Part shown: one piece after another, positions 30,044 through 39,530 of the stretch
How positions within the stretch are numbered: the stretch's first letter is position 1
Layout: every line of letters begins with the position of its first letter
Origin: an uncultured Methanosarcinales archaeon
GTDB lineage: Archaea > Nanobdellota > Nanobdellia > Woesearchaeales > CAXGTL01
NCBI GenBank assembly: GCA_964535955.1
Contig: CAZHVK010000004.1
Location: 6,222-70,221, forward strand
Reading direction: 5' to 3'
Length of the DNA: 64,000 bases
Program-made: the position numbers and the translations under genes
Notes under the pieces: model-generated
The model's input: the letters and a program-made list of their open reading frames with translations, nothing else
Database searches by the model: none
What the model was told of the DNA's origin: nothing

Positions 30044-30706
30044 CTAACCTCCTATATTAAACAAAAAAATCTGCAAAACAAGCAATACAAATCCAAACCC
30101 AGCCATCAATCCATAATACAGTTTGTTCCAATGCAATATCTTGATACCATCAAAATTACCAAATGGAATTAGGTTGAATAAGCCAAGCCAAGTGTTAATC
30201 ATAAAGCCATACATAAATATTTTAGCAATAAATTCATTAGGAATAAAAGCAGCAGACCATATTGAAAATCCCAGAAACACAACAGCCATAACCAGGTTAG
30301 TCAAAGGCCCTGCTAATGAAATCTTTCCATTAACCCTATTATTTACATAACCAGAGATAATCACAGCACCAGGTGCTGCAAACACGATTCCAACAAAATA
30401 TGCAAGCACTAAAGCCATCCACAGCATGCTTCTATTTGCTCTAAATTCAGCAAAACAACCAAACCTTTGTGCAACAATTTTATGCCCGAGCTCATGAAAC
30501 ACAAACCCAGTACCCACTGCCACCAAAGATATTACAAGATTCTGTAAAAATTCCATAGAAAATATAGCACGAGTACCAAGTATAAATGCAAATGCAATAG
30601 ATATAAAGATCCAGGCTCTGATCAAATCATTTATCTCTTTCTCAGATGAAGTATAACCAAATATCTTATACTTTTTTCCAGCATATCTAAATGGGTCTTG
30701 GTGCAT
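30044..30706 (-). CDS. Membrane metalloprotease, M50 (site-2) family
   Basis: HELGH, AGPLTN and NLIPFGNFDG motifs in TM context. Confidence 0.9.
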   Translation of the reverse strand: MHQDPFRYAGKKYKIFGYTSSEKEINDLIRAWIFISIAFAFILGTRAIFSMEFLQNLVISLVAVGTGFVFHELGHKIVAQRFGCFAEFRANRSMLWMALVLAYFVGIVFAAPGAVIISGYVNNRVNGKISLAGPLTNLVMAVVFLGFSIWSAAFIPNEFIAKIFMYGFMINTWLGLFNLIPFGNFDGIKILHWNKLYYGLMAGFGFVLLVLQIFLFNIGG

Positions 30707-30754
30707 GATAATGATTAAAATAATTTAATCATTTATATAATTTGTTAATAAATA

Positions 30755-32101
30755 TCACAAATTAATCTCTTTTTTATGTATCAAAAACAAAGCACAATAT
30801 ACTCTAGCCCAAAAATATGCTCTTGTTATTTTACAGTATTTATGATAATCATCTAAAGCTCCCCAATCTAATTTTTCTTGGGTTGTTTTATCATATTGAA
30901 GATGATAAAAATCATCTATCAAACATCCAATTTCCTTTGGTTGCCAACCATTTTCCATTAGATTTTCTGCAAATTTTATTAATACTTTTGGTTGTAAAGC
31001 TCTTGGACAAGGATATTCAATAAAGTTTTTAGTTTTATCACTTAACTTAGGATCTCTTTGTGCTCTGATAAAGGCTTGCCAATTAGCTAACCTTGGCATT
31101 TCATCAAAATCTTTATGATATCTGTATAAATCAGAAGCTTCATACTCATCCACAAGACTGTTTATTGAGTCATCATCTGCTTCAGGAATTTCTCCTGAAA
31201 AATTTTCAGCATGTTGAACAGCCATTTCTTTGTTCCACATACAATTAAGCAGATAATCCATATCTTCAATAAAAATATCCTTTTTACCTTTACCAAAATA
31301 TACTCCCATTATAATGTCTTGCAATGATTTTGCTGATCCTTGAATATATGTTCTTCTTTTTTTATGTAAACTAAATGGAGCTCTCATTATCCTCATATAA
31401 CCAGGATCACCGCAATCAGTTATATCTTCATTAACACACTTTTCTTCTGAATCACTAATTGTTATTGGTATCTCTTCGTATTTTTCAGCATGTACTAATG
31501 ATTTGAATGCAATATATTCTTTTAACCTACCCATGCCAGAAAAAACCAAACCAGCATCTACACCTGGTGCAGGATTTCTTTTTATATCATGAGGATCAGT
31601 AAAATCATATTTATCTGCTAATTCATCTTCAAGACAACCAATACTAGCAAGCCTGTTAAAAGCCTCAGTGCCTCTTCTTACTCTGAATAAAATATGCCAG
31701 CCTGAAGGAGTTAAATCAATCATGTGCGGAACTCCATGCTTTTTTAATAATTTAGATTCATATGATATTACAGGGAACAAATGATTATTAAAAAAATGTA
31801 ATTGTGAACCCACATTATAATAAAGATAATATGGATCTGCAAGAAATATCTCAGCATCTTTTGCAAATAATGCACTCTCTCCACCATAGCCAAATATTGG
31901 TATGTAAATTTCAAGATTTTGTTCTTGTGTTAAACTAGACAAGTTTTCTATTGATTCTGCTGTTACAAGTAAACCATTAGGATCCCAACCTCTAGCAATT
32001 AATTCTGTACCAGAACCAAGAGCCCAATTACATTTACCAAAAGAATTTCTTAATTTTGGAAAAATAGCTTCCTGATATTCTCTATCATCCACATCTATCA
32101 C
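30755..32101 (-). CDS. AEP (primase-polymerase)-like protein, paralogue 2
   Basis: FAKDAE, TPSGWHILF and MRAPFSLHKK resemble AEP motifs I-III. Confidence 0.55.
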   Translation of the reverse strand: MIDVDDREYQEAIFPKLRNSFGKCNWALGSGTELIARGWDPNGLLVTAESIENLSSLTQEQNLEIYIPIFGYGGESALFAKDAEIFLADPYYLYYNVGSQLHFFNNHLFPVISYESKLLKKHGVPHMIDLTPSGWHILFRVRRGTEAFNRLASIGCLEDELADKYDFTDPHDIKRNPAPGVDAGLVFSGMGRLKEYIAFKSLVHAEKYEEIPITISDSEEKCVNEDITDCGDPGYMRIMRAPFSLHKKRRTYIQGSAKSLQDIIMGVYFGKGKKDIFIEDMDYLLNCMWNKEMAVQHAENFSGEIPEADDDSINSLVDEYEASDLYRYHKDFDEMPRLANWQAFIRAQRDPKLSDKTKNFIEYPCPRALQPKVLIKFAENLMENGWQPKEIGCLIDDFYHLQYDKTTQEKLDWGALDDYHKYCKITRAYFWARVYCALFLIHKKEINL

Positions 32102-32139
32102 CCTTTAAAATTTATTTTTATTTAATTTTCAGCCAATAA

Positions 32140-33570
32140 TCAATATCTTAACTTAGTAAATGAAGGATTACTCATACCTACATAATATTGAACAAAGAAT
32201 GCCCTTACCCAACCAGCAATTCTCTTAACAGGACTTGATTTATAACCACCTAATATCTTAAGATGATCTAATTTTCCTGCTAAATACGCAACAATATCTG
32301 CAGGATGAACATCATGAGACAAAAACTTATCAGTTACAGCTTTTATCACATTAGGATTAAGTTGATCACCTGTGCATGTATTAAGTTTTGCTTCTAAATC
32401 AGGATGCAGCCTAATATGTTTAAGTTCATTATATTTTTTTGAAAACATTTGTTTATAATTACTAAACTCAAACATCTTCATTCCTTGATCAAATATTTGA
32501 TGAGCCTCATGAACATCACTTCCTAAATATGCTCTTACTAAATTTTCAACTCCCCATGACATTACAGGAAGATAAGTTCTAATTGAACCAGCATAATTAG
32601 CAGCATCATGATAATTATTTCTTCTTAATCTAAACAAATCATCTAAACTAATCTCATTACCATTACAAGGAGTAAATCTAGGAATAGCAATATTATAAGG
32701 TGTTTTTGCAGCTGTTTCATGTCCGACTTTCCATGGACTTGTCATATGTTTCTGGTGCAATGAAAATGGCAATCTTATATCTCTCATAAACATTGGATCA
32801 GCAAATGCACTTAGATCAACAGATATTACTACACCACCTTTTGCCCATTGATCACCTATAACAACAGGAAGTCTATTACCATATTTTCTTGCTCTTCGCA
32901 TTGCTTGTATTGACATAAACTCAATTAATTTTGACCAACCATCATTTGCCCATGCTTCATCATCAGTAACAATTCTTCTTCTTCTTGAACCATGTCTTCT
33001 ATATTGATTCTTTATTCTTTCTTCATGACTAACAAAACCTAAGCTTTGTAATAATTCATATGCATTTGAATTTGCATCATCTTTAGGAACTCTAAACCCA
33101 TAATGATAACCTTGTCCAGTTGCAATAACTAATGGAGAAAAACCATAATCTCTATAAACACTCATAAGTGCTTGATGAAATGGCTCCAAGTCCCAGAATA
33201 AACCAACCATATCTTTATAATTTGCTCCAGGATCATTATGATTAACTTTCTCAACATCTAATAAACATATAAGATTATCCTCATCATGCACTGATCTAAA
33301 AACATCAGATTTTTTATCAAGAATTTGGCCTAATTGCCATGGTTCTTTGCATGTAAAACCTTGTTTTACCCTTAACCCATATTCAACCAAATACATAGCA
33401 GTCATTAATTTTCCTAATTCTCTAAGATTTCTAGAATCTTTTAAAGGACCATAACCTTGTGGATATCCAATATCAGATCTTTCAATAATCCATGCAGGAA
33501 CACCACAATATTCTAACATTCTTTTTATAACTTCAGGATGTCTGTAATAATCATGTGCATTATTTGCCAT
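32140..33570 (-). CDS. AEP (primase-polymerase)-like protein, paralogue 1
   Basis: CLLDVE, TGQGYHYGF and IRLPFSLHQK resemble AEP motifs I-III. Confidence 0.6.
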   Translation of the reverse strand: MANNAHDYYRHPEVIKRMLEYCGVPAWIIERSDIGYPQGYGPLKDSRNLRELGKLMTAMYLVEYGLRVKQGFTCKEPWQLGQILDKKSDVFRSVHDEDNLICLLDVEKVNHNDPGANYKDMVGLFWDLEPFHQALMSVYRDYGFSPLVIATGQGYHYGFRVPKDDANSNAYELLQSLGFVSHEERIKNQYRRHGSRRRRIVTDDEAWANDGWSKLIEFMSIQAMRRARKYGNRLPVVIGDQWAKGGVVISVDLSAFADPMFMRDIRLPFSLHQKHMTSPWKVGHETAAKTPYNIAIPRFTPCNGNEISLDDLFRLRRNNYHDAANYAGSIRTYLPVMSWGVENLVRAYLGSDVHEAHQIFDQGMKMFEFSNYKQMFSKKYNELKHIRLHPDLEAKLNTCTGDQLNPNVIKAVTDKFLSHDVHPADIVAYLAGKLDHLKILGGYKSSPVKRIAGWVRAFFVQYYVGMSNPSFTKLRY

Positions 33571-33805
33571 ATTTTTTACCTCATTAAAAATCTCTATAAA
33601 AATCTATAAAAACCATTTTTAAAAAATCACTAACTTATATATAAGCATTTATATTCTTTATATAATGACTAAAATGATGTAGAAAACTATATAAATCAGC
33701 TAAACATTTATATATATAATAACCTTCAAATATATAATAGTATAATAATCAATAAATTACTAATAAATAATCAATAAATCATTACAATATAATCAAACAC
33801 AAAAA

Positions 33806-35359
33806 ATGGCAGCAACATTATCTACTTATGGATTTAAAGAAGTTGATAAAGATCCTGATAGTCCTGATTTTCCAAAACCAGATAAAAAGTTTAAACTTAT
33901 CTGGGAAAGATTTTTTGCATCAATCGAAGAACCTTATTTCTTTGTTTTATCAACAATGAGGGATGCACTTGGGTGGACAGAGGTTGACAAAATTAAAGAT
34001 ATATTCTCAGCATCAGAAACATCTGCTTTCTATGGTTCAGTTGGTTCAAGATTATCTATTGCTCAAGATAGAGTAATGACATATTCTAAATCAATTGGAA
34101 TGTTTCTTACAGAATTGTTTAAGATGGCTCGGGAGCTAAGAATAATAGAACAAAGAATAGATTTAAATGAAGCCACTAATAGAGGTCAGAGATCAGCAGA
34201 CAAAGCATTAAAAGGTTTATGGGTAGATCTTGTGGATGGTGGTCCCAAAAATCCTAGTTCAATTATTTCTTTATCAAGAGAAGCTGGTTTTAGTGTATTA
34301 ATGGACTTATTTTTTGGAACATATATTCAATCACCAAAGGATCAAAAAGAAATAGGTAGTAAGGTTGATGAAGCTGTTAATAGGTTAAAATTTAATCAAA
34401 CAATGAAATCAGTATTAGCTAGAAAATTAGTAACATATCTTACTTGGAAACAAAGAACATTTGAAGAATTAAAAACTAGAAAACTATTCATGCAAAAACA
34501 TATAAGACAATATTATTTAACAATAAGAATGTATACTACTTGGTTAAGACCATACTTGACTCATGTAAAGAGGTTAGGTATGGATGAATCAAAATTATCT
34601 TCTCCAGACTTGGTTGCAGGTTTTGAAACTTCTATGACAGAACTTGAACTAATGTTTAAAAAACCAACAAAAAAAGGAAATTATTACTCAATTATAAATG
34701 TTCATTTCCTATTTAAAACACAGCCAAAAATGGATTTTCATCAAGATGGTTACCAACACAGAGGACCAATACATGTTGGGAAAGTTTATATCACTTTTAG
34801 AGGATATGTTTGGGATAAAAAACAAATAGAAGAATATAAAAAATTTAGAGCTGAAGAGGATTTTGAATTACTAGGAGCAATAAATGATGAAATAAAAGCT
34901 GCATTAGATAATTTAAGTGATGATATTAAAGATTTTATTTTTAATTTAGGAGAAAAAATATACAAAGAAATTGATGTGTTAATGCATGAGTTAAATATAG
35001 ATTATAATGAGGTTTTGCATTGGGAAAAACTCTACAAAAAAGCAAAAGAAGAAGAGGAATTTAAAGGGACTTTGAAAGAATATATTGAGAAAAACAAAAA
35101 ACATAAAAAAGACAAGATTAAATTGGGAAGTATTTTCGACCCTTTTAAACATCTTGTTAATGGTTTTTCAGAGATGATAACAGGAAAAGAAATATTTAGA
35201 TTTAAAGAAGAAGGTGACAAGAAAAAAGATACCAAGCCTACAAAAGCAGAAGCATGGCAGATGGAAAAAGAGAAAGAAGATGCAAAAAAAGCGATGTTAG
35301 GTCCTTTATGGAATATATTTAAAGTTTTTAAAAAAGCTCATGGTATGTTAGCATGGTAA
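33806..35359 (+). CDS. Hypothetical protein at the head of the pfdA-ftsY cluster
   Basis: 517 aa ORF; no family name recognised. Confidence 0.75.
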   Translation: MAATLSTYGFKEVDKDPDSPDFPKPDKKFKLIWERFFASIEEPYFFVLSTMRDALGWTEVDKIKDIFSASETSAFYGSVGSRLSIAQDRVMTYSKSIGMFLTELFKMARELRIIEQRIDLNEATNRGQRSADKALKGLWVDLVDGGPKNPSSIISLSREAGFSVLMDLFFGTYIQSPKDQKEIGSKVDEAVNRLKFNQTMKSVLARKLVTYLTWKQRTFEELKTRKLFMQKHIRQYYLTIRMYTTWLRPYLTHVKRLGMDESKLSSPDLVAGFETSMTELELMFKKPTKKGNYYSIINVHFLFKTQPKMDFHQDGYQHRGPIHVGKVYITFRGYVWDKKQIEEYKKFRAEEDFELLGAINDEIKAALDNLSDDIKDFIFNLGEKIYKEIDVLMHELNIDYNEVLHWEKLYKKAKEEEEFKGTLKEYIEKNKKHKKDKIKLGSIFDPFKHLVNGFSEMITGKEIFRFKEEGDKKKDTKPTKAEAWQMEKEKEDAKKAMLGPLWNIFKVFKKAHGMLAW

Positions 35360-35928
35360 TTAAAAAAGATATACTTAAAGACATTAATAAATTGTCCCCA
35401 GAAGAAAGACTAAAAAGATTAAAACAATTAGAAGAAGAAATAAAAAAAGAAGAAAAGATAACAGAGGGAATAATTGTTAAAGAAAGGGAAGTTCTAAAAG
35501 AAAAACAGATAACTGATGAAAGACTGGTACAAAATAGAAGAAAAAGAACAAAAGAAAAAAAAGATAAAGAATCAAAAACAATTACTTCTAAAAGCGAAAG
35601 CATCAAAGTAATAGAACCAAAAGTAACAGTATTAGAAGATGTTGTAGAACAAGAAAAAATATCACAACAACAAGAAATAAATATGGAAGAAGTTCAATAT
35701 CATGCAAAATTTATTACAGAAGTAGACCAGGCACTTGATAGAATGGAATACATGTCTAAGGAAAAGCTTGATCAATATTCAACACAAGCAAGAGACATAT
35801 ATGATAAATTAAATGATGCATATGAACACGCAGTAGGTTGGATGAGGGATGACATAAAAGCAGAAAAAGAACGTATGAAAAACATGTTTAAGTGGTGGAA
35901 AGATGAAGGGGATAAGTATTCTTCTTAG
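35353..35928 (+). CDS. Hypothetical coiled-coil protein
   Basis: Overlaps the upstream stop; E/K-rich. Confidence 0.7.
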   Translation: MVIKKDILKDINKLSPEERLKRLKQLEEEIKKEEKITEGIIVKEREVLKEKQITDERLVQNRRKRTKEKKDKESKTITSKSESIKVIEPKVTVLEDVVEQEKISQQQEINMEEVQYHAKFITEVDQALDRMEYMSKEKLDQYSTQARDIYDKLNDAYEHAVGWMRDDIKAEKERMKNMFKWWKDEGDKYSS

Positions 35929-35982
35929 GCCACCTCTTTTTCCGACATATTTATAAACCAACCCTTTCTTCTTCAGAATAAA

Positions 35983-36411
35983 ATGATAAAACAAGATCAA
36001 ACACAAAATAAAGAAGAACTTCAGCAGAGATATATGCAATTACAGTTGTTAGAACAACAAATTAAACAGGTTCAAAAACAGCTTCAGACAATAACAAGTC
36101 AATTAAATGAATTAGCTTATTCTGTACAATCATTAGAAGAGTTTAAAAATGTTAAGGTAGGATCTGAAATCTTTGTACCAGTTGTTACAGGAATATTTGC
36201 AAAAGCAGAGATTAAAGAGATTGAAAATGTTAACATAAATGTAGGAAGTAATATTGCTGTCAGCAAAAGTCTTGCTGATTCAAAAAAGATACTTGAAGAT
36301 CAGTTTCAAGAACTAGACAATATAAGAGTGAAACTCTCAAATGATTTGCAAAAGATGATTGCACAAGCACAATTATTGCAGCAACAAATAATGATTTCGC
36401 AAAAAACATAA
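35983..36411 (+). CDS. pfdA: Prefoldin alpha subunit
   Basis: Coiled coil, EIFVPV..GIF..A..NVGSNIAV hairpins, coiled coil; directly upstream of ftsY. Confidence 0.92.
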   Translation: MIKQDQTQNKEELQQRYMQLQLLEQQIKQVQKQLQTITSQLNELAYSVQSLEEFKNVKVGSEIFVPVVTGIFAKAEIKEIENVNINVGSNIAVSKSLADSKKILEDQFQELDNIRVKLSNDLQKMIAQAQLLQQQIMISQKT

Positions 36412-36475
36412 TCAGGTGAGCATATGTTTCAAAATTTTAATTTTGAAGCTGCGAATGAAACGGAGTGGAATGAGC

Positions 36476-38260
36476 ATGTTTAAATTCCTTAAAGAAAAAT
36501 TAAAAAATGTAGTCAATAAATTCAGTAGAAAGATTGATGAAGAAGGTGTAGAAGAAGTAGAAGAAGTGTCAGAAGTGGAAACTTCTGAGCATGATCAGAT
36601 GTCAGAAAAGCAGGGCTTTTCTGATCACACTCAGAAATCTAAGATTTCCGATGAATCTTCGATTTCTGACAAAGTAGAAGACAAACCAGAACAAATAGAA
36701 GAAATAAAAGAAAAAGAAAAAGAAGAAAAAGAAATAAAAGAAAAAGAAAAAGAAGACAAAAAGCAAGATAAACCTGGTGAAGAAAAAGAAATAAAAGAAA
36801 AACAAGAACAAACACAAGAACCAATTAAAAAAAAGATTTCTGAAGGAAAAACACCTTCCATATATGAACTTGCGCAAAGAAAAAAAGAAAAAAAAGTTCA
36901 GCCTAAAATCGAAGTTGTTACAAAACAAAAACAAGACATTGAAAAAGAACCAGAACAAATACCAAAACCAATACCAGAGATAAGACAGGCAATGCCCAAA
37001 CTTCCCACTCCTAAAAAACCAATTAAACAAAAACAAGAGCCTGAAAAAGTAATTAAAGTAATAAAACCATTTAAAGAGGAACCCAAACAAATACAAGAAT
37101 CTGCAGAAGAAGAAGAAGAGACAAAGCCAACAGCAGACCAGCTTATCAAACAAGTAGAAGAGGAAGATAAACCACCTAAAGAAGACAAGGATTTAACAGC
37201 AGATGAACTTATCAAAGAATCAGCTAAACTAGTATTACCAGAAGATAAGATTTTAACAGCAAAACAAATCCAAGAAAAGTTTGCCAAAGAAAGGGAAACA
37301 AAGAAAAAAGAAAAACAACTAGAACTAGAAAAACAAGTAAAAAAACCAGAGCTAGAGCCAGAACCAGAGGCAAAAGGCTTTTTCGAAAAAATAAAACAAA
37401 AATTTGTCACAAAAAAGATCAATGAAAAACAATTTGATGAAATATTTTGGGACCTTGAAGTTGCTCTGATGGAGAACAATGTTGCTTTAGAAGTTATTGA
37501 AAAAATAAAATTAGACCTTAAACAAAATCTTGTTGATCAGCCAATAAGAAGGGGCAAAATCCCTGTTGTCATTGAAAATTCTCTTAAAAATAGTATTATT
37601 GATTTATTTGATGTTGAAAAATATGATATTATTAACAAAATACAAACATACAAAGAAAAAGAAAAAAAACCTTTTATTATTTGTTTTTTAGGTATAAATG
37701 GTTCTGGAAAAACAACAAGTATTGCCAAATTTGTTCAATTATTAAAAAATAATAACTTAACATGTGTAATCTCTGCAGCAGATACATTTAGAGCAGCTGC
37801 AATACAACAATTAGAAGAACATGGTTCTAAATTAAACACAAAAGTTATAAAACATGATTATGGTGCAGATGCAGCAGCAGTTGCATTTGATTCTGTCAAA
37901 TATGCAGAAGCTCATAATATAGATGTTGTGTTGATAGATACAGCTGGCAGGATGCACAGTAATGTCAATCTCATGGATGAATTAAAAAAAATAATCCGAG
38001 TAAACGAACCAAACCTTAACATTTTTGTAGGAGAATCTATCACAGGCAATGATTGTGTTGATCAGGCAAAGAAGTTTAATCAAGCAGTCGGCATTGATGG
38101 CGTCATACTGACAAAAGCAGATGTTGATGAAAAAGGTGGTGCATCTATTTCAGTAAGTTATGTAACAAAAAAACCAATACTGTTCCTTGGCATAGGTCAA
38201 GGCTATAATGATTTAGAAGAATTTGATAAAGATAAGATCATAAATAATTTATTTGAATAA
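36476..38260 (+). CDS. ftsY: SRP receptor FtsY with long charged N-terminal region
   Basis: GINGSGKTT, DTFRAAA, DTAGR and TKAD motifs; start MFKFLKEKL. Confidence 0.96.
   Translation: MFKFLKEKLKNVVNKFSRKIDEEGVEEVEEVSEVETSEHDQMSEKQGFSDHTQKSKISDESSISDKVEDKPEQIEEIKEKEKEEKEIKEKEKEDKKQDKPGEEKEIKEKQEQTQEPIKKKISEGKTPSIYELAQRKKEKKVQPKIEVVTKQKQDIEKEPEQIPKPIPEIRQAMPKLPTPKKPIKQKQEPEKVIKVIKPFKEEPKQIQESAEEEEETKPTADQLIKQVEEEDKPPKEDKDLTADELIKESAKLVLPEDKILTAKQIQEKFAKERETKKKEKQLELEKQVKKPELEPEPEAKGFFEKIKQKFVTKKINEKQFDEIFWDLEVALMENNVALEVIEKIKLDLKQNLVDQPIRRGKIPVVIENSLKNSIIDLFDVEKYDIINKIQTYKEKEKKPFIICFLGINGSGKTTSIAKFVQLLKNNNLTCVISAADTFRAAAIQQLEEHGSKLNTKVIKHDYGADAAAVAFDSVKYAEAHNIDVVLIDTAGRMHSNVNLMDELKKIIRVNEPNLNIFVGESITGNDCVDQAKKFNQAVGIDGVILTKADVDEKGGASISVSYVTKKPILFLGIGQGYNDLEEFDKDKIINNLFE
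36567..36671. mobile_element. Nested in-frame double-hairpin elements (51 bp outer + 54 bp inner) inside ftsY
   Basis: TCAGAA...TTCTGA hairpins with 6-nt spacers; same architecture as the inserts at 10310 and 18939. Confidence 0.75.
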
Positions 38261-38274
38261 AAGAGGTAATTTAA

Positions 38275-38844
38275 ATGAGAAGAAAAAAAACACAAAAATT
38301 CAATCTATTAAAAGAACTTAAAACATCATTCTCTATAATCACTTTAAAAAAAAAAACAATAAACCAAGTCGCAGACAATGGCTCAACATGGTTGGCAGTG
38401 ATTTTATTTGGTTTTTGGAGTTTAGTAGCAGGCATTATTATCCAAGATTATATGTCAGCAATTGGTTGGTTTGTTGAAGCAATATTCTTTACTTGGATCA
38501 TCACATTATTATATTATTTAGGTGGAATGTTATTCAAATCAAAAGCAGAATTCATGGAAATCTATAAACCATGGGGCTATGCACAGCTTGTTGTTGGAAT
38601 CAGTTTCTTAATCAATAAACTCTTTACCACTAATCTTGCATTACTAATATCTTTATTACTCGAAGTATGGTGCATAATCATTGCATACAAGATAATCAAA
38701 ACAGAATCCAGATTAAAGCCATGGAAAGCATTAATAATAGCATTAATACCAATCATAATCTTAATAATAATTGTAATGACAAACTCTTTGACTTTATTAA
38801 GTATTATTTTAGATTCAGGTTTGGTGAATGGGTTGTTGTTTTAA
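38275..38844 (+). CDS. Yip1-like multi-pass membrane protein
   Basis: About 5 TM segments; GAGGT RBS. Confidence 0.65.
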   Translation: MRRKKTQKFNLLKELKTSFSIITLKKKTINQVADNGSTWLAVILFGFWSLVAGIIIQDYMSAIGWFVEAIFFTWIITLLYYLGGMLFKSKAEFMEIYKPWGYAQLVVGISFLINKLFTTNLALLISLLLEVWCIIIAYKIIKTESRLKPWKALIIALIPIIILIIIVMTNSLTLLSIILDSGLVNGLLF

Positions 38845-39506
38845 TAAAACTTAACCTTTCCTTCAAACAACACACCTTTCCTTAACTCAACAGGTCTCCA
38901 TTTATCAATAATCAATTTAGCATCTAACCAATTAGCAAGTTCTTTTGGATTACCAATAGTAGCACTGAGTCCAATAATCTGCACATTAGCCAACAGCCTT
39001 CGTAATATTGTAATCAGGATTTCAAGTGTTGGACCACGACCAATATCATTCAACAAATGTATTTCATCAATAACAACAACTCCAACATGTTTAAGCCAAT
39101 GCGCATGATGACGAATCAGGCTATCTAATTTCTCAGAAGTACATATTATTAAATCATAATTCGCAAGATGAGTTTCTTTTTTATCTAAATCACCTATTGA
39201 TAATGCAATATTACATAAATGAGAATATCTTTTCTTAAAATCTTTATACTTTTCTAATGCAAGAGATTTCAATGGAACTATATAAATACATTTTCCCTTG
39301 CTTTCAAGTATGGATTTTATCCCACACATCTCTGCAATTAGAGTTTTACCAGATGCAGTTGGTGTACACACAAGCAAATTCTTACCATCTAACAAACCAT
39401 TTTTTATTGCTTTTTTCTGGCAAGGCCTAAGCTCAGTAATATTACACTTATCCAAAACCTTGTACAACTCAGCAGGAATATGATCTTTGATAGATTTTAG
39501 TTTCAT
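38841..39506 (-). CDS. Ski2/Hel308-like helicase, first RecA domain only
   Basis: LRPCQ, PTASGKT, TSEKLDSL, DEIH and LSAT motifs; ends after WRPVEL. Confidence 0.85.
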   Translation of the reverse strand: MKLKSIKDHIPAELYKVLDKCNITELRPCQKKAIKNGLLDGKNLLVCTPTASGKTLIAEMCGIKSILESKGKCIYIVPLKSLALEKYKDFKKRYSHLCNIALSIGDLDKKETHLANYDLIICTSEKLDSLIRHHAHWLKHVGVVVIDEIHLLNDIGRGPTLEILITILRRLLANVQIIGLSATIGNPKELANWLDAKLIIDKWRPVELRKGVLFEGKVKFY

Positions 39507-39530
39507 ACATCTGGGAAAAGAAAACAATAT

